Assembly (NCBI RefSeq): GCF_006345805.1 | Contig: NC_042997.1 | Coordinates: 196,726,001-196,790,000, forward strand | Direction of reading: 5' to 3' | DNA: 64,000 bases | Source of the DNA: Octopus sinensis | Lineage: Eukaryota | Shown here: positions 1-14,842 of the stretch, one piece after another | Position numbering within the stretch: position 1 is the stretch's first letter | How the letters are laid out: each line of letters begins with the position of its first letter | Made by a program: the position numbers and the translations under genes | The notes under the pieces: model-generated | Seen by the model: only the letters and a program-made list of their open reading frames with translations | What the model was told of the DNA's origin: nothing | The model's database searches: none

Positions 1-171
1 CTGCTTTCGTCAGAGTTTAATCTTTAAGTGCTTGTATTTATCTGTCTTTTTTTTTTTGTTTGGTGTAGATATGGTGAAATAGTTTGAAATAGTCACTCTA
101 CTTTCGTGGGGAATATATATAATGAAGGATTCAATCAACATTTCAATCAAATTATAATCGTAAAGATCTGA

Positions 172-273
172 TTATATTCTTTACGTTTTGCGAAAGTAAA
201 ACCGAAATGTGAGACAAATGTTTTATATTCTTTACGTTTTGCGAATGTAAAACCGAAATGAGAGACAAGTGTT
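172..273. repeat. 51-bp tandem duplication (2 copies)
   Basis: ttatattctttacgttttgcgaa(a/t)gtaaaaccgaaatg(t/a)gagacaa(a/g)tgtt starts at 172 and again at 223. Confidence 0.9.
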
Positions 274-687
274 ACTCCTAACAAAAAGATGCACATTTAT
301 GGAAGCCCCTCACGCAGCAATCTACCTCTTTCCATTTAACACTACTGGAAGACTTATATTCTTAATATTGTAGACATTCTCTATCGAATAGTTATCATAT
401 AACTAGAATGTTACTCACCATAATTAATTAGAATTTCTAAATTTATTCAGGAGAAAGCCGTTCAATTAATTATTTCCTGATAAAGGTATTTACAGCTTCA
501 TCCATCCTAATCATGTGCGTTCTTTGGATGGCTTCTACTGACACACAGCCACACATAGTTTTACTCTGCTCTTCAAAATATGTCAGCAACCCAAAAGCAC
601 ATCAGTTTCACTAGTTTTTTCCCCTCTCATTTCGCACGTACTGCGTCCCATGAAATACATCTCGCTCTATACTACTTTATGTTTTTA

Positions 688-1073
688 CTAGCAGTATCGC
701 CTAGCATCGCTCGGGTTTGTTTCAACCCTTTAGAACTGGAATTTTTGAAAAGTAAAATTTTGCATTATGTAGCTTGTTATTCTCTTTAAGTGAACATTTT
801 TCTGGTTGAAATACACCGAAAAATGGCGACACAGCAGTCAAAACATCAATAAATATAGGGATTTTCATAGAAAAAAAGCAGCTTTTTGATGTAAATAATT
901 TTTGGTGTTAACATGGTCCAATTTGCATTTATTCTTCTACAGAAGGAAGAACAAGCCTTCTATCATACTCTCAATTTTGGTCAACTTGCGCCGCAGGGTC
1001 TCGGAGGAGATAGTGTTAGTTGAAGGCTACCAAATCTGCCATACACAGACAACTTCAGCTTTATATATATAGA
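688..1073 (-). mobile_element. Non-autonomous Helitron-like element (~386 bp)
   Basis: Minus strand starts TCtatatatataaag and ends cccgagcgatgctagg (imperfect hairpin)-cgatactg-CTAG followed by T. These are the standard Helitron termini; no TSD or TIR is visible. Confidence 0.7.
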
Positions 1074-2359
1074 GGTTAATTTGGTCAGCGGCGAGACTGG
1101 TAAAGTGGATGTCGTTAGCGCTTTACTTTAAGTGGTGGCGAGTGTCGACCATTTCAAGTATGACATGCGCAGCGAGTATGGGATTCGATAGAGCAGACGT
1201 ATTCGGAAAAAGGATTAGGACAGGGAATTATTCTGGGGATTGAGGATAGGATACAACACAGGCGCTCACCCCTGCAACCGTAGTAAAAGTTGTATGAAGA
1301 GAATTTAGTATATTATTGGGCCAGACTGGAGCATGTTTTTGAGTGACTTCATGAAAAACTTAAGTAACTTTCATGCATAAATACCCGTGTTGTCAAGAAT
1401 ATCAACTCATAAGCTTTTCTCTTTTAACTATGTAAGTTCCATATTTAACTTATATTAGTCTCCACCCTTCTGACGAAGATAATATATGTTAATTTATGTT
1501 AATATATTTAGACACAAGCAACATTCTTATGTTGAGTGTTGAATAATCTGTTTGAAGTGAAATAACATTGTTATGGCTGAACGTTGAATAATCTGTCTGA
1601 GATGAAATAAAAATTAGCTTTCAGCATAAAAAAAAAAGAAAAAGAACGAAAAACAGTTTCCTTCAGACGATGTTTATCCGTTTCTATCTTATACATATTA
1701 ACACCCAAAGTGTTTGTTTTGATAACAGATGTTAGACGAGACATTTACAAAAAAAAAGGAAGACCAAAAACAAACAAACAAGAATGCAATATAATTTCGC
1801 ACTTTAAAAATACATTTATATTTACATTATACAATTTTCTCTTAACCAAAACTTATTCTTGTAAACCTAATATAGTTCCAATATATTCTTATTCAAATCT
1901 CTAAGCAGCAATTCAAGTTAGATCTTAGTTTATAGTTCATGAACAGCCAATTATATTCCTTTTATCTCTGCTGAGTGTGTTCAGTTACAGAAATGGTTAT
2001 TTTATGCCACATTAACTACACTCTTAATGTTAGGAAAAGTGTCTCCTAGTTCTTTTATCTGTATTTAACGTCCATGAAATGTATTTTCCGTTTGTTAGAG
2101 TTTAATCCCAGATTCTTCAGTTGGAGCTAAATTACTGTGTGTTTTGTATATTTTTGTGCTCACAATTACACAGTGTTAATGTTGGTAGCGAAGTAATGAT
2201 CTGTTCGCCGCCAGAGTTCTAAAGTTATCTTTCTGACAAAGAACACACTGCAGCTTGCAACGAATAACTTAAATAGTTAGCAATTTTTCAATTTTAATAA
2301 AAAAAAAAGTTTTGGCCATTATTCTGCGTTGTTTAATAATTGACTCAAAATTGATTTTG

Positions 2360-3200
2360 TCAGGAATGGATCATGCTAAGAATTAGAAAATTGCTGGTGT
2401 CCGCATCTGATCTGCCACTCTTTGGAAAGAAGTGTAAATTCAGAGGTTATTAAAAAAAAAATAACGTTTAATTTGGTTAAAATTTAATCTATTTCGAGAA
2501 CTGACTGCAGAGAAAAATGCATGGAATAATCAAATAGCACAATATTCGGTATTGTTTAGTAAAACAGTGGCATAATTTTTGAACGATCGATGCACTTTTT
2601 GGATTTCATCCGTGCATTTATTGAGCGACTATGTGCGATTCCATAGTGAACAGTTTTCTATTGAACATATTTTGATGTGCATCAATTTGGAGTTTCACTG
2701 CATACAATGACAGGAGAAAACTTTTAGAATTCTGTTTTCTTTCAGAAAATTCATGAGATATTTTAGAGCATGTTTTGGAAAGATTTTACACTTGTCTATC
2801 TCTAAAAGAAATAACAATAATTTCAAATAGAATCGCAATGAAAAATGACATGCAGAATACTTTTACGTGTAAATATAAAATCATATATGACAAGTCACAT
2901 AAAGAAGACGAAAGTTTGGGAGTTAAATCTGCAAGGTTCAAAACACAATTGTGTTAATCTATTAGGAGTTAAAAAGACAGAGAAAACGAAAAGAAAAACG
3001 TTAGTGCATATTTGTAATTACACACACTGTTACTTCTAAGGGCTTGAGTATGCAAGAAAGGCATTCCGGCGTATTTAATGAGGAACGCACAGAGATTTTA
3101 TGGCATTTTAGAAGCGAGTCTGTCAACTAGAATTACAAACATAGAAGCTGACATCACAGGTTGTACATTTTATAGCATTTTAAAAGTCTCTCTTAATGCT
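2360..3200 (+). pseudogene. Highly decayed hAT (Charlie/SPIN-like) transposase remnant
   Basis: Dispersed, frameshifted peptides KLLVSASDLPLFGKK, LERFYTCLSLKEI and ELNLQG occur in the order of the hAT motifs KLVSxxTDGAPxMxGK, VLxRFxxLxxEI and LNxxLQG. Confidence 0.4.
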
Positions 3201-4462
3201 TCCCTTTAAAAATGGATGTATTTGAAGAAATGTGATTTCCGGTTAAATTAAGGTTAATTCATTGTCTATTTTCCAGTAAATAGATTGGAGTTTGTTCGTG
3301 TGTGTGTGTGTGTGTGTATGATTATTTGTTCTTTTTGTGTGTGTTTTGGTGTGTTTGAGTATGTTTGGAATGGTTCAAAGTTTTCTCTTTGAAGTAGTGA
3401 GTCAATTTTTATCAAATAAATGTGTCAACAGTTTGCAGGACTGTTAATTACAAACCCTAAACGCCCGAAAATCAGATTCAACCCCCATATAATGTGGTAA
3501 CATCTGACACATGAAACTTAATTAACGAAGCTTGAGATTTTCTTATGATAGATCTGCGTCCAGTTCAAGACTTCAAGACTGATATGTTATTAACAGGTTC
3601 CTCAGCTCTTTAAATCGGATCAAACATCGATTTCTCACTTCCAGAGAACGCTCTTTATAGCTACTCGATCGGTTTGGCGCATACTGTCACATATTTGTTT
3701 GATCCTTCATGGATCGAATGGCAGTAAACTTCATTGATTTCTGACCGTTGAACTGTCGTTTATGTTAGTCCACCACCACAACAATCTCACTACTATCAAC
3801 AGAATCTTCGACCACCGCCAGTTCACACAACACACGAACCTAACGCATGGCACATGAACAATTGTGTTCAAATACATTCAGGATTCAGCTTCGAATTAGG
3901 ACTAATCTGAGATCATACCATGAAATTTTAAATACTCAATATAAAATAGGGATAAATTTGCCAAATTAATCGAATATATTTTCTTATAAAACAAATGGTG
4001 CACTGGGATATTAAACTGGTCTTTGTCTATGTTTATCGGTGTACATTCTGTTGAACGTATTTGCTCAAAATCTCTGATTAGAGGATGATTTCTGCCCCAT
4101 CTGTCTTAGCAGCTTTCAAATGTGCCATGGCTATTATCAGAGCTTCTGAGATTAAGTCAACAAAGAATCCTTTTTCTATTAGTAATGCTGCCTTGAAATG
4201 AAATAAATCTATTTTTTTTTTTTTTTACATTAAAACGCTCTCAGTTTTTGTTGCGGGTAAAAGTGGTGAATGGAGCACGGTTCAGAGCTGATAAACGTCA
4301 ACGTGGAGCTTAGCAGGATTTGAACACGGAACCGATTCATTAGAAACTAAATATGTTAAGAAATAATTTCTTAAATGGAAGATAAAAGTTTAGATGTTAC
4401 TAAATTCATGTCTTTCCTAAGTAATGTTAGAGCGAAATTTAAGTCGACCGGGTTTTCAACTG

Positions 4463-4787
4463 TGGAGATGAATGGCTTAGTGGTTAGGGGTGTTGGACTC
4501 CTGATCGTAAGATTGTGGTTTCGATTCCGAGACCAGGCGATGCGTTTTGTTCTTGAGCAAAACACTTCATATCACGATGCTTCAGTCCACTCAGCTGGCA
4601 AAAATGAGTGACCTTGCGACGGATCGGCGTCCCGTACAGCTGGGGAATTTATACGCCACTGAAGCATTTCTTCTTATCCGACGGACCAGCGTTCCGTCCA
4701 GGTGGACAACCTATACGACTATGAAACCAGGAAAGCAAAAGCGGCCCTTATGAGCCAGGCGTGGCTGGAGAAGGAACAAACAACAAA
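4463..4787 (+). mobile_element. tRNA-derived SINE, family D
   Basis: A box TGGCTTAGTGG (4473), B box GGTTTCGATTCC (4517), central cttgagcaaaacactt...cagctg...aaatgagt. Homologous to 12349-12570 (+) and 46604-46826 (-). Confidence 0.85.
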
Positions 4788-5333
4788 CTTCAACTGGGTC
4801 GTAAACACACATTCACACATACAACTAGTCTGACCCTCACATATATATATATGTGGTTGACCGACTTGCAAGAAATAATAACCAAATCTAGTCCTAATCA
4901 CTGACATGCTTTTACAAAACCAAACAACGACAAGCTTGTCCCAACAGCATCGCCATTGAATTTACAGCTTTCTGATCAAGGATGACCTGAGGTCGATTAA
5001 CAAAATCAACATGGGACGGATTTACCGGGCCGCTGTTTCGACAGATATATAGCTGTCATCTCCGTAACTTGGTATAAATAATGACTTTAATTGACTGCTT
5101 TGATTACTTATGTCATTTGAATTTAAAATTTCTCCACGTTACTGTATTTCTGCTGTATCATACAGAGCCGGAGAACAAAGAGCCGAAGTAAAATATATCC
5201 AAATACAGAATATATTTTCATTTTCTTATGTGAAATTCTATTTATTCTTCCCTTTATTCTTGGATTTAGTTTATTGATATATGAAGCTTGACAGACTTCA
5301 ATAGCATAATAGCAATGTGGATGTATGTCTCTT

Positions 5334-5365
<32 letters not shown>

Positions 5366-5414
5366 AAATGGATAATAAAACGAATGATTTACACCTGGTA
5401 TCTTTCATTTGCCA

Positions 5415-5454
5415 TATATATACACATACATACATACATATATATATACATACA

Positions 5455-5490
<36 letters not shown>

Positions 5491-5532
5491 CATATATATA
5501 TATATACCATACATACATGCATACATACATGC

Positions 5533-5566
<34 letters not shown>

Positions 5567-5606
5567 ATACATACATATATACATACATATATATATACAT
5601 ACATAC

Positions 5607-5643
<37 letters not shown>

Positions 5644-7553
5644 CATACATACATATATACATACATACATACATACATACATATATCTATACATACATAA
5701 TACATATATACCATACATACATACATACAATATATACATACATACATACATACATACACATATATATATACATACATACATATATATATACATACATACA
5801 TATATATATACATACATACATATATATATACATATATACATATATATATACATACATACTATATATATATACATACATACATATATATATCATACATACA
5901 TAATATATATATACATATATATACATACATACATATATATATAGACATACATATACATATATATTATATATATACATACATACATATATATATATATACA
6001 TACATACATATATATATATACATATACATAATACATATATATATACATATATATATTATATACATAATATATATATATATAATACATACATATATATATA
6101 TACATACATACATACATATATACAATATATACATACATACACAATATATATATACACATATACATACATATATAATATATATATACATACATACTATATA
6201 TATATATACATACATACATACACAATATATATATACATACATACATACATACATATATATACATATACATACATACCATACATATATATATATACATACA
6301 TACATTATATATATATAATACATACATACACATATATATATATACATACATATACATACATACATATATATATATATACATACTATACATACATATATTA
6401 TATACATAACATACATATATACATATATATACAACATACATATATATATACATATATATATATACATAATACATACATATATACATAATATATATATATA
6501 CATACATATATACATATACATATATATACATACATATATACATACATACATATATACATAATACATACATACATATTATATACATACATACACATACATA
6601 TATACATACATACATACATACATATATATATACATACATACATACATACATACACATATAATATACATACATACATATATATATACATACATACATATAT
6701 ATATACATACATATACATATATATATCATACATATATATATACATACATACATATATATATACATACATACATTATATATACATACATACATATATATAT
6801 ATATACATACATACATATATATATACATACAATATATATATATATATATATACATACATACATATATATATATATACATACATACATATATATATATATA
6901 CATACATATATATATACATACATATATATATATATATATACTACATACATATATATATATATATACAACATACATATATATATATATACATACATACCAT
7001 ACATATATATATATACATACATATATATATATATACATACATATATATAATATACATACATACACATATATATATATAACATACATACATATATATATAT
7101 ACATACATACATACATATATATACATACATACATACATATATATATACATACATACACATACATATATATATACATACATATATACATATATATATACAT
7201 ACATACATACATATATATATACATACATACATATATACATATATATATACATACATATATACATATATATATATACATACATACATATACATATATACAT
7301 ACATACATATATACATACATACATATATACATACATACATATATACATACATACACATATACATACATACACATATACATACATACATATATACATACAT
7401 ACACATACATATATACATACATATATATATATACATACATATATACATACATATATATATACATACATACATACATATATACATACATATATACATACAT
7501 ATATACATACATACATATATACATACATATATACAATACATACATACATACAC

Positions 7554-7630
<77 letters not shown>

Positions 7631-7906
7631 ACATACATACATATATAATATATACATACATAACATACATATATATATTATATATATACATAATACATAT
7701 ATATATATACATATACATACATACTATATATATTATATATACATACATACATAAATATATACATATATACATACATTATATATATATATATAATATATAA
7801 TACATACAATATATATATATATATACATACATACATATATATATACATATATACATACATACATATATATATGCATATATACATACATACATATATATAT
7901 ACATAT

Positions 7907-7937
<31 letters not shown>

Positions 7938-8565
7938 CATACATACATATATTATATATATACATACATACATATATATATATATACATACATACATATA
8001 TATATATAATACATACATACATTATACATATATATATACATACATACATATATATATATATATACATACATACATATATATTATATATATACATATATAT
8101 ATTACATATATATATATAATATATAATATACATATACATACTATATATATTATACATACATACATATATATTATATACATACATATACATACATATACAT
8201 ATATATACATACATACATATATATAATATATACATACATATATATATATAACATACATATATATATATATACATACATATATATATATACATAATACATA
8301 TATATACACATATATATATATATATACATACATACACATATACATACATATATTATATACATACATACATAATATATATACATATATATATCTACATACA
8401 TATCATATATATACATACATACATACATACATATATATATACAACATACATATATATACACATACATACATACATACACATATATGCACATGTATATATA
8501 TACATATATGCATCATATATACATACATGGATACATATATGCATACACACACACATATATATATG
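5415..8565. repeat. ~3.15-kb compound (TA)n/(TACA)n microsatellite array
   Basis: Continuous TA/CA dinucleotides with almost no G on the plus strand; source of the YI/MYV ORFs. Confidence 0.98.
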
Positions 8566-9459
8566 TAGCAGTCTGTGTCTATGTGTCAGAAGCAATGATT
8601 TGAGTATCAAGTTGATAATCTGCAAAATAAGTGATTCTTCATGCGTTCTCCTCTATTAATATTATTGTACAATATTTCTATTTAAACTTAGTGTCCTTAT
8701 CAGGAGAGAGCAGCGATTCTTTTGTCACGTTTCTTCCAAAATTGATATACTATTATTATTAAAACATCTTGGAAAACGCTTTCATAAGCTTAATATTATT
8801 GGACTTATCTCCAAATTCGTGATCTTTCCGAGGTATTCTTTTTATCTATATTTATACTTTACAATTGATCTGGCTTTATAGCAAGCTATTAACAGTTAAA
8901 AACATTGGTTAGATTAATCTTTCCATAGATTAGAAAATGATTGCATTGTTCCAAAAGTAACGAAGGGAAGTCTAGCGTCTGATTCTGTACGAAAGCAGGA
9001 ATGAAATATCAACTGGATTCTTAGTTTATTTAATGAAACGCAACTTGAATGTAAATACATTCCTGAGCAAGTTGCATACGTGTGAATTTTAATGTGACAC
9101 ACACACACACACACACACCATAAATGTGCAATTTGTGTGTTTAATTGAATGTTAGAAATAAAATTACGAGTACAAACGTTTTTGAGTAGTAAATGTAATA
9201 TTCTTCAGTACATCACTGTACGATGTAAATGTATGTAGGTATGTATGTATGCATGCATATACGTGTAGCAGTATATGTTTGTATATATGTATGTATACAT
9301 GTATAAATACATACATAAATCTATATACAAGTATATGTGCATATTATACGTACAAATGTATTGCATATATATATATTGTATTTTCTATCCAAGTTCTATC
9401 TATCTGTCTGTCTGTTTATCTATAGATGCTTCATATACATTTATAATATATTTTATAAA

Positions 9460-9523
<64 letters not shown>

Positions 9524-9527
9524 CATA

Positions 9528-9661
9528 CAGTAATCTCTCGACTATCCTAGGTGTTATGTTTGAAAACCTCCCACAGAAATAATATAAATATCTATCGGCT
9601 GTAGAAACCCGGATATACTGAGTGCGCGACAGGTAAACCGCGATATCGCGAAGGATTACTG
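9528..9661. mobile_element. pogo/Tigger-like MITE (134 bp)
   Basis: TA|CAGTAATCTCTCGACTATC ... GATATCGCGAAGGATTACTG|TA: imperfect TIRs flanked by TA. Confidence 0.75.
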
Positions 9662-10055
9662 TATGTATGTATGTATGTATGTATATATATATATATATTA
9701 TATATATAATATATATATAATATATATATAATCAAAATCAACTTACTTAGAGATGTGCGGGTAGGATAAGATAGGATAATATCTTTTGTGATCTACGTAA
9801 TATATTTTAATAATTACTGGTATTTTTATATATTGTATATTTAAAGCATATTATACTATACATATATGTATATTGTTATAATGGTTTAAAAAATAATAAA
9901 CAGACATAATATAATGTCTAAATGTTGATGAATACTACCTCTTGATCCCCTCCATTTTCTTATTGCTATATATATATATATATATATATATATGTTTCGT
10001 ATTATGCATACAATATAATGTTATATAACTACTAGATTCTACACACACGTTATAA

Positions 10056-10338
10056 TGTGTAATAAGAAGCTTGCTTCCCAACCCCATGGTTCCGGGTTCA
10101 GCCTTGTAAGTGGATTTGGTACACGGAAACTGAAAGAAGCACTTCGTATATACATATATGTTTGTGTGTCCAACCGATGTTGTGTTTATGTCCTTGTAAC
10201 TTAGCTGTTCAGCAATAGAGAGCGATAGAAAATAAGTGCTTGGTTTACAATGAATAAGTCCTGGGGACGGTTGGTTCGACTAAAGGCGTTGCTCCAGCAT
10301 GGCTGCAGTCAAAAACTGGTACAACTAAAAGAATAAAG
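10056..10338 (+). mobile_element. SINE family A, internally deleted
   Basis: Head aagaagcttgcttcccaacc..ggttccgggttcag, body ggatttggtacacggaaactgaaagaagc, tail aataagtcctgggg..cgactaaaggcg. Confidence 0.85.
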
Positions 10339-10769
10339 GAATATACCTTACATAAGCATAAATGCCCAAGATAAGCCTACATGTACCTATGCGAGTGAAC
10401 GAATTTAGCTGAATGTCACCAGGTCCTTAAGGAAAAATACAGCATGTCGTAATTGTAACACCATATTTCCTGTGCATGGAAAGATAATGATATTAATGGA
10501 CAGATTTTTAACACCGCCATTTTGAGGTTTTCTTGGTGACGATACTACATCTGTTAATTGTGAAACCGATAGAAAAATTATTCTTATGCAATATCCTTTA
10601 ATGTTGATTGTAATCTTATTGCATTCTCCATTTGCATGCATCCCTGTGCACGAGTATGCATCTGTGCATAACCATAGCATGTTAATGTGTATATATTATT
10701 GTGCTTCTTTGCATATATGTGTATGAATGCATGTTACTGTGCCTATGTGTGATACATACGCACACATTC

Positions 10770-10962
10770 ATGTTTGTGTGCTTGTATACACATACATAGA
10801 ATAAACACGCGCGCGCGCACACAGATATACAAATACACTCTCACACATATATTTACACGCGCATATACATATGTACGCGTGTATATGTATGCAAGTATAT
10901 GTGTGTATGTATACACAAGCATGGAGGATCGCTTGTATGTGGATATAATATAATACATAAAA

Positions 10963-11000
<38 letters not shown>

Positions 11001-11480
11001 GTATATACACACACATATAAATGCATATATATATACATATATATATATACAGACATATAAATACATATATATATATACACATAAATATATATATACATAT
11101 ATATATATACACATAAATATATATATATATACATATATATACACACACATAAATACATATATATATATATAAACACACATAAATACATATATATATACAT
11201 ACACATAAATGCATATATATATATACATACACATAAATGCATACATATATATACATACACATAAATTCATATATATATACATACACATAAATTCATATAT
11301 ATATACACATAAATACACACATATATATATATACATAAATACACATATATATATACACACACATAAATACACACATATATATATATACACACATAAATAC
11401 ACACATAAATACACACACATAATATATATATACATACACACATAAATACATATATATACATACACATAAATACATATATA
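10770..11480. repeat. Compound (TA)/(CA) microsatellite with recurring cataaatac unit
   Basis: Directly visible. Confidence 0.95.
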
Positions 11481-12348
11481 TATTTCTTGTGCAGTATTGT
11501 GCGGCATATTTATTTTTTGGGGAGTGATATGTGTAATGTTTAACACTTAAACACACGCACGCGGACCCCCCACACATACACCCATACATGCCTACACACA
11601 ATCCATCTCATATGATCAAAGTATATTCAATTTCAATTAATATATTCGGAAGAATGCTTATCGATGGGAGTGGTGCGGCTGATAATGATTATTGGCCATG
11701 CACGAAATATCAATAACCTAATTAAGAGTTGATATGCAATGTTCGAATTTAATAGATATTCTTATTTCATTAACGATTTTTCATGATTAAATTAACAAAA
11801 GTTATTTAAATTTGATTGTTCTCGGAATCCTCCGAAATATCAAAAAATCCCCGGATTTCTAAATACCTAGATTTTACATTCTGTATGTGCATGTATGGCT
11901 GTGTGGCTATAAAGCTCGTTTTGCTACAAAGCAATTTCGCGTTCGGTCCCACTCCGTGGCACCTTGGGCAAGCGTGTTCTTCTATAGTCACCCACACACG
12001 ACACACGTTCTGTGTCCGATTAGCATTTGCGAGGGGAGGTCATCGCTCCCTTCTCTAAGCCTTACACACGAAAGAGAGAGACCGACGGGGGCAAACAGAC
12101 AGACGGAAAATACGAAATAGCAGGGGATATACATACAACATGCATGCGCGCGCACATACACACACGTGTGTGTATGTATGCGTGCATCGATGCATATCTT
12201 CTACGAAATCGGGGTTTCTGTCTTTGAAACATTCTCGAACTAAAGCTGTAGTAAAAATGCATTACCATTGCTTCTCGAAATGAAGACGGAAGCTGAACTA
12301 CAGGAATTCAAAACGAACATTTCATGACTAGCGAAATATATTTTAAGT

Positions 12349-12570
12349 GAAGTGGCCTAGTAATTAGGGTTTTGCACTCGTGTTCGCTAGATTGTGGTTT
12401 CGACTCCCGGAACAGGTGATGCATTGTATTTTCGAGCAAAATACTTCCTTTAATGTTACCTGCAGTCTCCCTGGGTGTAAATGAATGACACTGCGAGTGA
12501 CTGGCGTCTCGTCCAGGGGTGGGAGACGTTGTGATCTCGGTCAGTTAATGAAACCGGATAACCGGTAACG
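12349..12570 (+). mobile_element. SINE family D, diverged
   Basis: gtggcctagtaattaggg..gattgtggtttcgactcc..tcgagcaaaatactt..ctggcgtctcgtccag aligns with 4463-4787. Confidence 0.75.
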
Positions 12571-12603
12571 TTTCCTAAGACTCCAGATAAAAATGTCCGG
12601 TGG

Positions 12604-12812
12604 TTGATGATAATGATGAAGAGGATGACGACGATGATGATGATGATGACGGTGATGATAATGATGATGACGGTGATGATAATGATGATGACGGTGATGA
12701 TAATGATGATGACGGTGATGATAATGATGATGACAATGATAATGATGATGACGATGATAATGATGATGACGATGATAATGATGATGACGATGATAATGAT
12801 GATGATGACGAA
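12604..12812. repeat. (GAT)n trinucleotide array with higher-order 18-21 bp units
   Basis: gacggtgatgataatgatgat x4, then gac(a/g)atgataatgatgat-type units. Confidence 0.95.
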
Positions 12813-14399
12813 AATGAAGAAATATATTTTTTTTACTGTTTGGCTTTCGTTCATGGTAAATAGCCGCAGCAAGGCATTTTGAACACTGAAAGGCATTTAG
12901 AGAACAGACTGATCAAAACTTGGTATTGAAAATATCCACATGGAAACAATTGGTTAATAATCCAGAATAATATTAGACGATAATATCTTGGCCTTTAACA
13001 CGCAGCCTAGGAGAAGACACAATCCTATTTTAATATTACGTTTATATCATTTGATATATAACTGTGCTTAACCTCTAGAGATGAGCAAATACATCAATAT
13101 TGAAATTTATAATATGTCAATTACCATGTCATTGTATGGTGAAAGAGTTGCACACTTTTATCATTTCTCTTCAAAGAAGACATTGTAAAAATTATCTGAC
13201 CATTTGGTTGAGAATCTGTGATAGTGTTTGAGTTGTGTCTCGGAGCTCTTTAACCCATCGTTTTATCATTTCCAGTCGGCGTAACATAAACCAAGTGAGT
13301 ATTATCCTAAACAAGCGATTAATCATTGTTAGTTGAATTATCGTTAATAGATATTGGCATATTGGAGAATCAGAGGTGATCGTTTGAGCTGACCATTTCA
13401 GTTTGGTTTTGTCTGGTATTCGGATATGGAAGACGTTGAACCAAGGAAAACTTAGTCATCACACACACATATATACACACACACACACACACACATATAT
13501 ATACACGCGTAAGCGCACATATTCATGAACACACATTTATAAATGTGTGTATGTATATGTAGTATATTTATATATTTGTGTACACACACACAAACACACA
13601 TACATATATATATACATACATACACACACATATATATATATAAACATGTATATACAATAATATACAAACATATACTAATACACACACTTGTATATATAGT
13701 TTACCTGGTATATCTGTATATCTATCCATCTATCTATCTATATATACGTTATATACATATATATATGTATATGGAGAGAGAGAGAGATTGAGAGAGAGAG
13801 AAGAGTGTATACTTAGTGTACGTATGTGTATATCATACACTCACTTATACACACGCACACACATATTTACATTCACATTGACATGTATACTCGTTAATCC
13901 TTGGTATGAAATTTTGTAGATCCCATGACACAAACACAAATGATCTCTCTCTCCCTCACACACACTAAACATTGTGAATTTGTCTAAACTATTGAAATAC
14001 AAAAAGACCAACGAAATAATAATGGTTACTTCGATTTAGTTTCTAGCGTAACATCATTATCAAACTGAACGGTCAGTTGCTATAATATACATTGTATATA
14101 TTATAATATAATATTCCCGATGGTTAGCTTGCTATTTAGATATTCATAGAAGCTTGTAACATAACAGCGTGCATCTATTTTGGTATTTCTGATGCGTTGC
14201 TTGTTTTGTTTCCCATTAAGAAATATTTATTTATGAATTCTAGTTTCGAAGGCATGGTAAGTAAAAAAACACACACGTACGTACGTGTGTGTTTTTTTAC
14301 TTCGTACGTACGTACATACATACATACATACATACATACATACATACATACATACATACATACATACACATACACACACACATACATACATACATATAT

Positions 14400-14466
<67 letters not shown>

Positions 14467-14505
14467 TGATCGCCGTTGCGTAGCTGAAACGTGTAAAACA
14501 ATATA

Positions 14506-14714
14506 TTGTAATCCCTCGCATTATCGCGGTTTATTATTTAAGCTTATGTCAATTCCTCCGATGTGTTGTCTTGCATTTATAATAAAATATATGCAAATTG
14601 CTAAAAAAAAAAATAAATAAATATACAGTACCGTACTGTTTTGACTTCGCGGATTTTCGCCTATATCGCGGTTTTTTTGGGAACGTAACACCCGCGATAT
14701 TTGAGGGGTTACTG
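14506..14714. mobile_element. pogo/Tigger-like MITE
   Basis: Left gtaatccctcgcattatcgcgg, right ccgcgatatttgaggggttactg|TA; same TIR type as 9528-9661. Confidence 0.7.
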
Positions 14715-14842
14715 TAGTAATAAAATTATTTTAGTCTATGTGTCAAGCAAAATGTAGAGGCAGATGGAACAATCTTTCAACAAAAAATACGCCATTACTC
14801 TCTTCAGATAATTTCAGATCAGAAAACCTGAACTCAGAAATG

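Noticed and set aside
1-25. CTGACGA on the minus strand at the window edge (possible further hammerhead)
   Set aside because: Stem II and GAAA would lie outside the window; cannot be evaluated.
1074-1330. GC-richer stretch beside the Helitron, possibly a LINE fragment
   Set aside because: No RT or endonuclease motif could be read in any frame I tried.
5288-8625. Long ORFs (up to 582 aa) of Y/I/M/V/C/H/T, with similar ones at 10743-11601, 37450-38129 and 55333-56118
   Set aside because: Translations of TA/CA microsatellites, which rarely form stop codons; open in several frames on both strands.
10405-10680. 91-aa ORF with nearby acceptor-like sites
   Set aside because: No frame gives a consistent acceptor-to-donor exon without a stop or with a recognisable product.
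12456-12896. Asp-rich, Ile-rich and Met-rich ORFs
   Set aside because: Three readings of the same (GAT)n array; no flanking coding context.
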